In this document: piece after piece, positions 9,536 through 18,896 of the stretch
How the letters are laid out: every line of letters begins with the position of its first letter
Numbering within the stretch: the first letter of the stretch is position 1
Assembly: GCA_964492965.1 (NCBI GenBank)
Contig: CAZBME010000001.1
Coordinates: 43,382-107,381 of the forward strand
Length of the DNA stretch: 64,000 bases
Direction of reading: 5' to 3'
Source of the DNA: an uncultured Syntrophaceae bacterium
GTDB lineage: Bacteria > Desulfobacterota > Syntrophia > Syntrophales > UBA8958
The notes under the pieces: generated by a model
Seen by the model: the letters and a program-made list of their open reading frames with translations, nothing else
What the model was told of the DNA's origin: nothing
Database searches by the model: none
Translations under genes and position numbers: made by a program

Positions 9536-10788
9536 TCGTTTACCGTTTCATACACATCATCCACGGATATGGACTGCATGCACAGATTGTTGTTGCAGGA
9601 AGAAAAACGGTGATTGAAGACATTGACACAGGGGCTGCAAGCCAGCTTGGAATAAACGACACGGCCTCTCCCTCCGATCGGCCCGAAAAGCTTTGGCGTT
9701 TCCGGGCCATACATGACGATATTAAAAATGTCCGTCATGGAAGCAAAATGTCCGGGGCCGCTGTCGTTCGTGACCAGGATATGGGCCAGACTGTAAAGTA
9801 CAAGCAGTTCCCGAAGCGTCGTCTTGCCTGCCAGACAAATCGCCCGCTCCGAGCCGATCCGGCGGCAGACTTCCATGGCGGATTCAGCCTCCGACGGAGC
9901 GCCGGTAATGATAATCAAAACATCTTCATGTTCGGCAAGAAGCTTTTTCCCCAAGACGATGAAATTCTCCGTCGGCCATTTTCTCAAGGGAAGCATATCG
10001 CTGGCATTGGGATTAAGCAGTACCAACAGCCCCGACGCCATCGCTATCTCTCCGAACCCTTCGTTCAGAATATCCACGACACCGTCAATCTCTTGATCCG
10101 ACGCTCGGAAGACGGGTGCTACCTCTGTAACCATATTGACATCCAGCTTAATGAGAGGGATATCTTCAGGATCGACCGTCAGGGCCTCTACCAAGAGATG
10201 ATAAGCCTTCGCCGTATGAAGATAGGGATTGTACTGAACGCGATGGGTCATCAAATCACCCCGGTATGGCCCTTCGCCCGTAAAACGGTGAAGCCCAACA
10301 CGGCGCCTTGCTCCTGTCATAAACCCCAGGATGGCTGAGGCGCGGGCAAAAAACTCCATGTCCACGGTAGCATCAATGCCGAGCTTTCGGACCCGTATCA
10401 AAAGTTTGAAGATATCCCAGAGGAAATCGGTGAATCGCTTATGCCGGATTGAAAATATATTATTTGACGGAAGGAGATTCATGATTTCCAAAATCTCCCG
10501 GTTCTCTGTAAACACACAGAAATATACATTTTCTCGTCCCACCATCTGGATGGCACGTTGAATGGCGCTGTAGGCGAGCACTGTCGCCCCCTGCTCTATC
10601 AACTTAATAAAGAGGATCTTCTTAGGTAGCTGTTCATTCGATTTCCGATGCCCAAACCTGTCCATGATCCGGCGCAAAATGGTCAGTTTAAAGCAGATCA
10701 TTCTGCCAATCCAGATGTCAATCATCCTGATGGTCTCAGGTTTCAAGAAGTTAGCCTCCCTTTGATGCTTTTTCCCAAGTGAGGCCAC
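9511..10788 (-). CDS. Glycosyltransferase family 9 (heptosyltransferase-like)
   Basis: 425 aa. The GT9 C-terminal signature is LAGKTTLRELLVLYSLAHILVTNDSGPGHFASMT. The start is uncertain: an internal Met at 10725 would remove the overlap with the PAP2 gene. Confidence 0.7.
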   Translation of the reverse strand: MASLGKKHQREANFLKPETIRMIDIWIGRMICFKLTILRRIMDRFGHRKSNEQLPKKILFIKLIEQGATVLAYSAIQRAIQMVGRENVYFCVFTENREILEIMNLLPSNNIFSIRHKRFTDFLWDIFKLLIRVRKLGIDATVDMEFFARASAILGFMTGARRRVGLHRFTGEGPYRGDLMTHRVQYNPYLHTAKAYHLLVEALTVDPEDIPLIKLDVNMVTEVAPVFRASDQEIDGVVDILNEGFGEIAMASGLLVLLNPNASDMLPLRKWPTENFIVLGKKLLAEHEDVLIIITGAPSEAESAMEVCRRIGSERAICLAGKTTLRELLVLYSLAHILVTNDSGPGHFASMTDIFNIVMYGPETPKLFGPIGGRGRVVYSKLACSPCVNVFNHRFSSCNNNLCMQSISVDDVYETVNECILGITQ

Positions 10789-11396
10789 TTCCTTAACAGA
10801 AATGAGACAAAAATGCCAATATAAGCGCCCATCACTACATCACTTAGATAATGGGCACCGATAACAACCCGACTCAAACATACGAGAAGGGCTATCGTAA
10901 CCCACAGCCACTTGAATCGTGGAAACAAAACCGACAGGACAAAGGCCAGAGAGCAGATGGTGGTTGCATGGCCGGAGGGGAAAGAGGTCTGTTCATATCC
11001 GGTGCCGAAGAAGCCAAATCCGTAAAAACCTTCCGTCAGGAATACTTTGGGGCGCCATCGCCCCATCAGCCACTTGATTGCATCGGTCAAAAGTCCTGAA
11101 ACAGCCACAGAAGAAAAAAGATAAAACATCCGTTCCGTCCAGGTCCAGTTTCGGGCAGTGAAACGATAATACATAAATAAAGCGGCAGACCCGATAAGAT
11201 ACCACGTTGAAACACCCAGGTAAGTCACATATTGGAAAAAAAAGACTATCTGGACATTTAGGCCTGTTAATAAAGCGGTAACCGGCAGATCATAAAAGTA
11301 ATAGCCGAGGGAAACGATTGCTAGGGTAAGGGGAAACAGAAGGGTAATCAACAACGCGTCGCGCTTCATGGCTTCACTCCCTGATAATTTTTGCAC
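10743..11396 (-). CDS. PAP2-family membrane phosphatase (lipid A / undecaprenyl-PP phosphatase-like)
   Basis: 217 aa. All three PAP2 motifs are visible: KWLMGRWRP (Kx6RP), PSGH, and SRVVIGAHYLSD (SRx5Hx3D). Confidence 0.85.
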   Translation of the reverse strand: MQKLSGSEAMKRDALLITLLFPLTLAIVSLGYYFYDLPVTALLTGLNVQIVFFFQYVTYLGVSTWYLIGSAALFMYYRFTARNWTWTERMFYLFSSVAVSGLLTDAIKWLMGRWRPKVFLTEGFYGFGFFGTGYEQTSFPSGHATTICSLAFVLSVLFPRFKWLWVTIALLVCLSRVVIGAHYLSDVVMGAYIGIFVSFLLRKWPHLGKSIKGRLTS

Positions 11397-12826
11397 CAGA
11401 CATATTCAATTGAATCAACTTTCCCTCCATTAAGCATGATATCCATGGAGGATTCCGACCGGCAGGAATCACATTTAAAGCGTTGGGTGACATCTGTCCT
11501 GTGAAAATATGTATTGATAAACAGCAGGTCATATCCTGTCGGTGACTCCTTCTCCCACTGATCAAACTGGTCGTTGCGCTGATCGATGATAAAGACCTTC
11601 ATCTTTTTATAGGGAAGGCCGTAGTAAATAGCCCTGCTGCCCATGGTCCAGTTGGTCACGGCCAGCGCCTTTCGTGGATTGCTGTTCTGCTCCATGACTC
11701 TCCCGGCTTCCTTGATGATTTCCGCAAACCCATAAATATCCCGGAAGGGGGATTTATAATCCGGAAAAGTGAACCACTTGGCCGGAAGCGCGGCATACAG
11801 GAAAAGGGTCACCACTAGACTGAAACCAACGGCAAAATATTGATAATAATGTTTCCCTCGACTGGCTGCCGATAAGAGATAATATATTCCAATGGGTATG
11901 AACAGAAGATAAAAAAGACTCGGCCAATGGGGTAGCGTTCTTTCATACAGAGAGGAATAGAAGAAGAATAGAAGCACCGTGGCGCCAAACAGAAAGGCGA
12001 GGCGAATCTGGTCAAGCTTGGCCCTAAAACTTTTGATGAAACCGTAGAAGGCAATGATGAAAAGAAACGGGCTGTAGGCGCCGAACTGGGCCAGCAGGGA
12101 AACAAGAAACGACTTGACGCTGGCGTCAGAGGTCCCCAGAACATGGCCACCCTGATATCGGAAACTGATCCAGTTATGATGATAATTCCAATGGATCACG
12201 GGTGAAATCATAATGAAGGCAATGACGGCGGCGATAAACATCGAAGGAGAAAGCAGAAGGTCAAAACGTTTCTTGATTATGAAATAAACGAATAAGGGGA
12301 CGATAAAGAGAATGGCTGTGTATTTCGCGAGACCGGCCAATCCGAGAATCAGCCCCAGATAGAGATAGTATTTGATTTGGCCTGTTTCTTCCATTTTGAG
12401 AATAATCGCCATGAGAGGAAATATGAGAACCAGCAGGAAACAGTCCGGCAAAAGCATGAGACTCATCGCGTTCATGATAAAAGAGCTGTTGATGGCCAAT
12501 ACGGCCCACAAAGCGATACGCCTTGACCCGGAAAAGGAGATGGTAAATCGGTAGCAATAAACGGAAGCTATGGCGAATAGAAGGATCGCCGGCAATCTGA
12601 CCAGAAACTCGTTTGTACCGAATAGATAATAGAGGGGAGCATGGACCCAACCGACCAGAGGCGGATGATCGACATAGCTGAGGTCCAGATATTTGGCATA
12701 TAAAATATAATGGGCCTCATCAACGCCAAGACCGAATGTCGGCGCCACGGCTAGCCGAATAAGCGTAAACAGCGCAACTATTCCTATCAAGGGAAAATCG
12801 GCTTTATCAAGGGTTAAAAACTTCAT
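11366..12826 (-). CDS. Second GT-C (ArnT/PMT-like) glycosyltransferase
   Basis: 486 aa and polytopic. The first periplasmic loop GLGVDEAHYILYAKYLDLSYVDHPPLVGW is the D-E-x-x-Y type seen in family 39/83 enzymes. It is the first gene of the operon. Confidence 0.7.
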   Translation of the reverse strand: MKFLTLDKADFPLIGIVALFTLIRLAVAPTFGLGVDEAHYILYAKYLDLSYVDHPPLVGWVHAPLYYLFGTNEFLVRLPAILLFAIASVYCYRFTISFSGSRRIALWAVLAINSSFIMNAMSLMLLPDCFLLVLIFPLMAIILKMEETGQIKYYLYLGLILGLAGLAKYTAILFIVPLFVYFIIKKRFDLLLSPSMFIAAVIAFIMISPVIHWNYHHNWISFRYQGGHVLGTSDASVKSFLVSLLAQFGAYSPFLFIIAFYGFIKSFRAKLDQIRLAFLFGATVLLFFFYSSLYERTLPHWPSLFYLLFIPIGIYYLLSAASRGKHYYQYFAVGFSLVVTLFLYAALPAKWFTFPDYKSPFRDIYGFAEIIKEAGRVMEQNSNPRKALAVTNWTMGSRAIYYGLPYKKMKVFIIDQRNDQFDQWEKESPTGYDLLFINTYFHRTDVTQRFKCDSCRSESSMDIMLNGGKVDSIEYVWCKNYQGVKP

Positions 12827-13085
12827 GTATTTATCCGGCCTATTGTTTCACGTCATGCTGCTGAGATATCATGACGTTTGGCGAATATCATGGACAATGT
12901 CTTAATGACAAGCAAAAGCTATTATCGTTCCTAATCGCAAATAAAGAAAACCTTCATGATCCGGGTGCATGATGCAAAATAACGACAGATCGTTTGTTTT
13001 TCTGTATAATGGGTTCTCAATAAAGATTATTTATTACTAAAGAATGTTGATGAATTGGCCGATAATCCTCATGGGAGGACTGCGC

Positions 13086-13529
13086 ATGAAGAGAACACCC
13101 CAGCGACTGGCTGTCATCGAATATCTTAAACATAATCAGTGCCATCCATCGATCATGGATATTCATCGTGCCATAGCGGATAAATTCCCGACAACATCGA
13201 TCGCTACAATTTACAGCATCATGGATACCCTGGTAAGGGATGGTCAGGTGAATGAGTTATCGATCGATCCGTCCAAAAAACGTTTCGACACCAATCTCGC
13301 CTCTCACTATCACTTGCTTTGTAAAACCTGCGGGGAAATAATCGATTTTCGCGACGAGGTCGAACTAGCTCTTCCTAAAAACAGAAAAGATAGCTTTCTT
13401 GTCACAGATCAGCAAATCACTTATTATGGGACATGTCTTTCATGTCAAGCTATCATGCAGTCCAATGAAATGGAGCACCGTCATGAAGAAAGCAGCCAAA
13501 CAAAATGGTTCGGACAGCAAAGCGCATAA
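13086..13529 (+). CDS. Fur-family metalloregulator (Fur/Zur/PerR; subtype not resolvable)
   Basis: ORF 13044..13529. The ATG at 13086 follows GGGAGGA. MKRTPQRLAVIEYL...HPSIMDIH (winged helix), HYHLLCKTCGEII and YGTCLSCQ (two CxxC pairs). Confidence 0.85.
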   Translation: MKRTPQRLAVIEYLKHNQCHPSIMDIHRAIADKFPTTSIATIYSIMDTLVRDGQVNELSIDPSKKRFDTNLASHYHLLCKTCGEIIDFRDEVELALPKNRKDSFLVTDQQITYYGTCLSCQAIMQSNEMEHRHEESSQTKWFGQQSA

Positions 13530-15105
13530 TAAACCACCGGGAACTGAAGAGCCTCAAAAAGAGGGGGAAGCCCAACGGGAATGGCTGACTATTTTCGAGG
13601 CCATTGGACACCCAACTCTGATCCTGGACAAGGAATACCGGATCATTCAGGCCAACAAGGCGGTGTACGCCCTGCTGGACGAGTCGGAAGCCAAAATCAT
13701 CGGAAGGCACTGCTATGATATTTTTCATGACACAAAAGGCACACATGCCCCGGATAATTGCCCACTGCAACAGCTAGTCCTCTCGAGAAAGACGGAAACC
13801 ATGGAAATGGAAATGGAAACGCTGGGAGGCACCTATATTGTTTCATGCACGCCCATTCTGGATAATCATGGAGACATACAAAAGATCATTCATATTGCCA
13901 CAGATGTTACCCATATGCGCCGTTCGGAAGCAGAAAGGGAAAAGCTCCAGTCGCAACTGCTCCAGATTCAGAAAATGGAAGCCATTGGCACCCTGGCCGG
14001 AGGAATTGCCCATGATTTCAACAATATTTTGATGGGCATTCAAGGCTATATTTCACTGATGCTCTATGATGCAACGCCTGATTATCCGCACCGGCCAAAA
14101 CTCGAGAACATTCAGAACTATACCAAACGAGGCGCAGAACTGACAAAGCAACTGCTGGGATTGGCGCGAGGTACGAAATACGATGCGAAACCAACGGACA
14201 TGAACGATCTCCTCGAGAAGAGCTCTGAGATGTTCGGCCGGACTCAGAAAGAGATCTCCATTTTTAAAAACTTCAGGAATGATTTGTGGGCAGTAAAAGT
14301 GGACCATGGGCAGATGGACCAGGTCCTCCTGAACCTCTTCATCAACGCGGCGCAAGCCATGCCTGGAGGCGGCAACCTGGATTTGGGAACGGATAATGTT
14401 CTTCTGGATAATCCGGAATGCAATCCTGTCGGTATGGCAAAGGGCCAGTATGTAAAGATTACAGTTGCCGATAGTGGCATCGGAATGGACAGCAAGGTTC
14501 GTGAAAGAATCTTTGAACCCTTTTTTACGACCAAGCCGCAAGGTACGGGCACCGGCCTCGGCCTTGCGTCTTCTTACGCCATCATTAAAAATCATGGCGG
14601 CGGCATCCATGTGTACAGCGAACCGGGGAAAGGAACTACTTTTAATATTTACCTGCCGGCAATAGAAAACAAGCCAACCGCGGAGAAGGACTCGGAAGAC
14701 AAGATTTATACAGGGATAGAGACAATTCTTATCGTTGACGATGAACTTATCAATATCAACGTCATGAAAAAGATGCTGGAAATGCTTCATTATCGAGTAT
14801 ATTCAGCCGGCAGCGGGCAGGAAGCGATCGCGGTAATGAGCGAAAAGGGCAAGCAGATTGATCTGGTCATCATGGACATGATTATGCCGGGAATGGGCGG
14901 CGGACGCGCTTTTGACATTCTGCGGCAAATGGACCCGGAGCTGCCCGTCATCCTCGCAAGCGGGTATAGCGCAGAAGGCGAAGCCAGGAATATTATGGAA
15001 CGTGGTTGTAATGGTTTCATGCAGAAGCCGTTTCAACTACATGAATTGTCTAAAACCGTAAGGGATGTCCTGGATCGCAGAATCAAACATACGGACCCGC
15101 AGTAA
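13483..15105 (+). CDS. Hybrid PAS sensor histidine kinase / response regulator
   Basis: ORF 13399..15105. The ATG at 13483 follows GGAG. Contains a PAS region, H-box [17 protein letters not shown], ATPase boxes ([25 protein letters not shown]) and a receiver domain ILIVDDE...[14 protein letters not shown]. Confidence 0.85.
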   Translation: MKKAAKQNGSDSKAHNKPPGTEEPQKEGEAQREWLTIFEAIGHPTLILDKEYRIIQANKAVYALLDESEAKIIGRHCYDIFHDTKGTHAPDNCPLQQLVLSRKTETMEMEMETLGGTYIVSCTPILDNHGDIQKIIHIATDVTHMRRSEAEREKLQSQLLQIQKMEAIGTLAGGIAHDFNNILMGIQGYISLMLYDATPDYPHRPKLENIQNYTKRGAELTKQLLGLARGTKYDAKPTDMNDLLEKSSEMFGRTQKEISIFKNFRNDLWAVKVDHGQMDQVLLNLFINAAQAMPGGGNLDLGTDNVLLDNPECNPVGMAKGQYVKITVADSGIGMDSKVRERIFEPFFTTKPQGTGTGLGLASSYAIIKNHGGGIHVYSEPGKGTTFNIYLPAIENKPTAEKDSEDKIYTGIETILIVDDELININVMKKMLEMLHYRVYSAGSGQEAIAVMSEKGKQIDLVIMDMIMPGMGGGRAFDILRQMDPELPVILASGYSAEGEARNIMERGCNGFMQKPFQLHELSKTVRDVLDRRIKHTDPQ

Positions 15106-15144
15106 GATTCCTTAATGACGTTGAATTGGATTCTACTTTGTGCT

Positions 15145-15184
15145 AAGCCTACCCAGCCTGGAGTTGTGGTGGGCTTATTTTTTA
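15145..15184 (+). terminator. Intrinsic terminator after the hybrid kinase gene
   Basis: AAGCCUACC (15145-15153) pairs with GGUGGGCUU (15168-15176), including one G-U pair. The stem is followed by AUUUUUU. Confidence 0.65.
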
Positions 15185-15208
15185 TTAATATTCTGCAAGG
15201 AGGATCAT

Positions 15209-15925
15209 ATGCCTGTACTGGAATGGAAAAAAGACGAAACCGTTGCCGTCATCACCCTGACCAACGGAGAAAACAGATTCAATCCCACTTTTAACGATGC
15301 CGTTTTGAAGGCTTTTGATGAAATCGAGCAGGCCGCGGCGATTTCATCCGTGATCATCGTTTCCAATGATCCGAAGAACTGGTCACTGGGCATTGATCTC
15401 ATGTGGATGATGGACAAGATCGGCAAAAATGATCTACCGGCAATCCGGGATTTCATTTACGGCGCAAATGATGTCTTCAAGCGCATCCTTCTTTTCCCCA
15501 CCCCCGTCATTGCCGCCATCAACGGCCATGCCTTCGGCGACGGAAGCATTATGGCCTGCTGCTGCGATTTCCGGTTCATGAAAGCGGACAAGGGCTTTTT
15601 CTGCTTTCCCGAGGTCGATATCGACATCCCCTTCCTCCCTGGAATGCTGGCCATGCTGCGAAAGGCCTTTCCCTATTACAAGATGGAAGAAGCCGTCTTC
15701 TGCGGCAAAAAAATCGGTGCGAAGGAAATGGAAGAACACCATGTTATCACCAAGGCCTGTGCAAATGAGGAAGATCTCATGAAAGAAGCCCTGGTCTTCG
15801 CCAAGACATTCAATAAAAAACGTCCCATCTTTGGTGAACTAAAGAAGCGGATGAATAAGAACATCATTGATTTCATGGAAAAAGAAGACCCTTTTTATAT
15901 CGATTCCGTCAAGCTGACCATGTGA
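15209..15925 (+). CDS. Enoyl-CoA hydratase/isomerase (crotonase) family protein
   Basis: ORF 15140..15925. The ATG at 15209 follows AAGGAGGA. Crotonase-fold features: VAVITLTNGENRFNP and AAINGHAFGDGSIMACCCDFRF. Confidence 0.8.
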   Translation: MPVLEWKKDETVAVITLTNGENRFNPTFNDAVLKAFDEIEQAAAISSVIIVSNDPKNWSLGIDLMWMMDKIGKNDLPAIRDFIYGANDVFKRILLFPTPVIAAINGHAFGDGSIMACCCDFRFMKADKGFFCFPEVDIDIPFLPGMLAMLRKAFPYYKMEEAVFCGKKIGAKEMEEHHVITKACANEEDLMKEALVFAKTFNKKRPIFGELKKRMNKNIIDFMEKEDPFYIDSVKLTM

Positions 15926-15956
15926 TTTCCAAAGGGAAGGGATTTGATTTTCTACA

Positions 15957-17096
15957 ATGAGAACCATCGTAAACCGTTATATTTTTAAGGAAATCGCCCT
16001 TCCCTTTTTTATGATCCTCTTTATCCTTACTTTTGTCCTGCTCATGGGCAAGATCCTTCAGCTCATGGACATGATGATTAATAAAGGCGTTCGCATCACC
16101 GATATTGCGCAGCTGGTCATTTTTCTCATGCCGTCCTTTCTTTTGTTCACCATCCCAATATCTCTGCTGTTCGCCATCATGATGGCCCTGGGACGTCTTT
16201 CGACGGATAATGAGATTACAGTTTTCAAGGCATCGGGTATCAGCCTTTTCCAGATTGCCAAACCGGTTCTCCTGGCCGCTGGCCTGGCTTTCGTCGCCAC
16301 GTTAGTGACAAGCTACATTCTGGTCCCTCAGGGCAATTACGCCACCAAGCTTTTGCTTTTCAATGTGGCCCGACAGAAAGCCAGCTTGGGAATCAAGGAA
16401 AAGGTATTCAACGACGATTTCAAAGGCATCCTTCTTTACGCCGATAAGGTCCCTGTCAGTGGCGATTTTATGGAAGGCGTCATGATTTCAGATCAGCGCA
16501 TGGGCACATCACCCAATACGATCATTGCCCGCAAGGCCTTCCTGGTTAGTGATCTTGATTCCCTCTCCGTTACGCTCCGCCTGGAGAACGGAAGCACGCA
16601 TACCGTGGACAAGGACTTGAAAAACTACAGGAAGATGGATTTTTCCTTCTATGATGTCAAATTGGATCTCGGCTCATCCATGACGGACGGAAAGGCGAAG
16701 ACCAAGATCAGCACGGAAATGACGGCATCGGAAATTGTGCAGCGCATGAAGGGCGGCGCACTGAAACCTGAAGACCTGCGCGAATTGGCCATTGAACTAC
16801 ACAAGAAATTATCCATCCCCTCATCCTGTCTTGTTTTTGCGATCCTGGCCATTCCTCTTGGCATTCGCAAGCATCGCTCGGCAAAATCCCTTGGCTTCAC
16901 AGTGGGGTTGATCACCGTCATGGCCTATTATCTGCTGCGATTAAGCGGAGAAGCCCTGGTTGAAACGGGAAGAATCCCCGTTCTCATCGGCACGTGGTTT
17001 CCTGTAATCGTCTTCGGTGTTGCCGGCATCTATCTTTTTATCATGGCGGTCAGAGAAAAATCCATCTGGCGCCCCTTTTCAAGGCACAGGGGATAA
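15957..17096 (+). CDS. lptF: LPS export ABC permease LptF (YjgP/YjgQ family)
   Basis: 379 aa. The family-typical N-terminus is VNRYIFKEIALPFFMILFILTFVLLMGKILQL. It has six TM segments with a large periplasmic loop and is followed by its paralog. Confidence 0.75.
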   Translation: MRTIVNRYIFKEIALPFFMILFILTFVLLMGKILQLMDMMINKGVRITDIAQLVIFLMPSFLLFTIPISLLFAIMMALGRLSTDNEITVFKASGISLFQIAKPVLLAAGLAFVATLVTSYILVPQGNYATKLLLFNVARQKASLGIKEKVFNDDFKGILLYADKVPVSGDFMEGVMISDQRMGTSPNTIIARKAFLVSDLDSLSVTLRLENGSTHTVDKDLKNYRKMDFSFYDVKLDLGSSMTDGKAKTKISTEMTASEIVQRMKGGALKPEDLRELAIELHKKLSIPSSCLVFAILAIPLGIRKHRSAKSLGFTVGLITVMAYYLLRLSGEALVETGRIPVLIGTWFPVIVFGVAGIYLFIMAVREKSIWRPFSRHRG

Positions 17097-17101
17097 TCGC
17101 C

Positions 17102-18181
17102 ATGAATATCCTGGATCGCTACATCATGAAGGAATATATCACCCTGTTTGTTTTCATCCTCATCTCCATCATTTCCGTTTACCTCATTATCGACTTTTTC
17201 GGTAAAATTAGAATGTTCATGAGCAACAATGCCACCATCGTCCAGATGGCCTCTCATTTTTTCTTCATGATTCCCATGATCATCTCTCAGACCACACCCG
17301 CGATTGTCCTTCTGGCAACGTTAATGACCTTTGGAACGCTCTCAAAGCATAGTGAGATCGTAGCGATGAAGGCTAACGGCATCAGCCTCTACCGGATGAT
17401 TCTACCGGTCATGGCCATCGGCATTTTCATTTGTGCGTTCCTGTTTTTATTCAGTGAATTTGTTACACCCCAATCCTATTACAAGGCGGAACACATTCGT
17501 CTTGTGGAAGTGCAGAAGCAGGAGTCACTCGGCACATTCAAACAAAACCAGATCTGGTATAGAGGAAAACTGGGCATCTATAATTTCAACATGTTCGACA
17601 TCAAAACCAATACCTTGCACGGTGTCACCATCAATTATCTCAACGGTAATTTCATTCTAGGCAAGCGCGTGGACGCGGAAAAGGTCCATTGGGAAAACAA
17701 TCGATGGGTATTCCAGAATTATTTGATAACAACTTTCCAGGAAGGTTCTTTCCCTTCACTGGAGCGTGGTGTTACAAAAGTAATTGATATTCCGGAAACG
17801 CCGTCGGATTTTAAAACAGTGCAAAAAGATGCCGACAAGATGGGTTTTTTTGAATTGAGGCTGTACATCCGGAAGCTGCAGTCTGAAGGGTATGATGCCT
17901 CGCGATATCTCGTGGATCTCCATGGAAAAATAGCGATCAGCCTGGTCAGCATTCTGTTGGTTATTATCGGGATCAGTTTTTCGCTACGCTCCGAACGCAG
18001 TGGCGGCGTGGCGCAAAGTATCAGCGCCGGCGTCATCATCGGTTTTTCCTATTGGCTTATTTTCGCCTTTTCCCTCTCTTTGGGACGTTCAGGAACCATA
18101 CCGCCCATTCTTTCCGCCTGGCTCGCAAATTTCGTTTTTGGCGTGGCGGCGCTGTTCATGATACGCCGAGTTAATACCTGA
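17102..18181 (+). CDS. lptG: LPS export ABC permease LptG (YjgP/YjgQ family)
   Basis: ORF 16994..18181. The ATG at 17102 gives MNILDRYIMKEYITLFVF, the same family N-terminus. The start lies just after the lptF stop. Confidence 0.75.
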   Translation: MNILDRYIMKEYITLFVFILISIISVYLIIDFFGKIRMFMSNNATIVQMASHFFFMIPMIISQTTPAIVLLATLMTFGTLSKHSEIVAMKANGISLYRMILPVMAIGIFICAFLFLFSEFVTPQSYYKAEHIRLVEVQKQESLGTFKQNQIWYRGKLGIYNFNMFDIKTNTLHGVTINYLNGNFILGKRVDAEKVHWENNRWVFQNYLITTFQEGSFPSLERGVTKVIDIPETPSDFKTVQKDADKMGFFELRLYIRKLQSEGYDASRYLVDLHGKIAISLVSILLVIIGISFSLRSERSGGVAQSISAGVIIGFSYWLIFAFSLSLGRSGTIPPILSAWLANFVFGVAALFMIRRVNT

Positions 18182-18433
18182 GTTCCATTCCGACTCAAAA
18201 CCTCATACCCGTTTTGACACCACGAAGCTATTACAGAATGGCATAGTGCCACCCCTTCAGATAAGGCTGTCTCGCGACATGCAACAGGAACACCATTGCA
18301 TCTTATAATGCTATTAAGAATGGCCTTAAACATTACCTTGCAAAACCTTTATCCCTGCATGATAGAAAACCGCCTCAAAACCCGTCGTTCCAAAATACGA
18401 TAAAAAAGCCCACCCATTGTTCACCCATTATTC

Positions 18434-18462
18434 TTGACATTTACATATAACAGTGTTAGTAA
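18434..18462 (+). promoter_or_regulatory. Candidate sigma70-type promoter in the long non-coding gap
   Basis: TTGACA (18434-18439), then 17 nt, then TAGTAA (18457-18462). If used, it gives a leader of more than 400 nt before the ParB-like gene. Confidence 0.3.
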
Positions 18463-18571
18463 ATAACAAGTTTAATAAGATTCATTTCATGTACGGATAA
18501 ATAGATCTATCTTTATGAATTGCGTATATTTTTTTCTGATTTCAATCCGGGTTATTTTAAGACAACGAAGC

Positions 18572-18632
18572 CTGTCCGGGAATCATGGACGCTGTCTTGT
18601 GTTACCGGACAGTGTCCGGCAATCACGGACAG
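18572..18632. promoter_or_regulatory. Array of TGTCCG / CGGACA half-sites (operator or enhancer-like)
   Basis: CTGTCCGGGAATCATGGACG (18572-18591); CCGGACAgTGTCCGG, a perfect 7+1+7 palindrome (18605-18619); TGTCCGgcaatcaCGGACA, a perfect inverted repeat with a 7-nt spacer (18613-18631). The two TGTCCGGnAATCAnGGAC units match at 16 of 18 positions. Confidence 0.6.
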
Positions 18633-18896
18633 AAAAACACGCCATAACGCCTTCTATAAGTTTCCACCGAGTCCGTTCAACACCAGGTCTTGCCATTCAG
18701 ATAATTGATTCTATTATTTTTTTTAACCATGCCTTCAGAGCCGCAGCCCATTTCTTTTCTCCTATGCGCGATGGCACATTTCTTGGAACGACGCAGGAGA
18801 AATGCCTTAGATATTCTGGCCATATGAATTCATTATTCAGCATGACCGGGTTCTTTGTGCTCCACATTTTAACTTGCATGAGTCAAGGAGGTCAAC

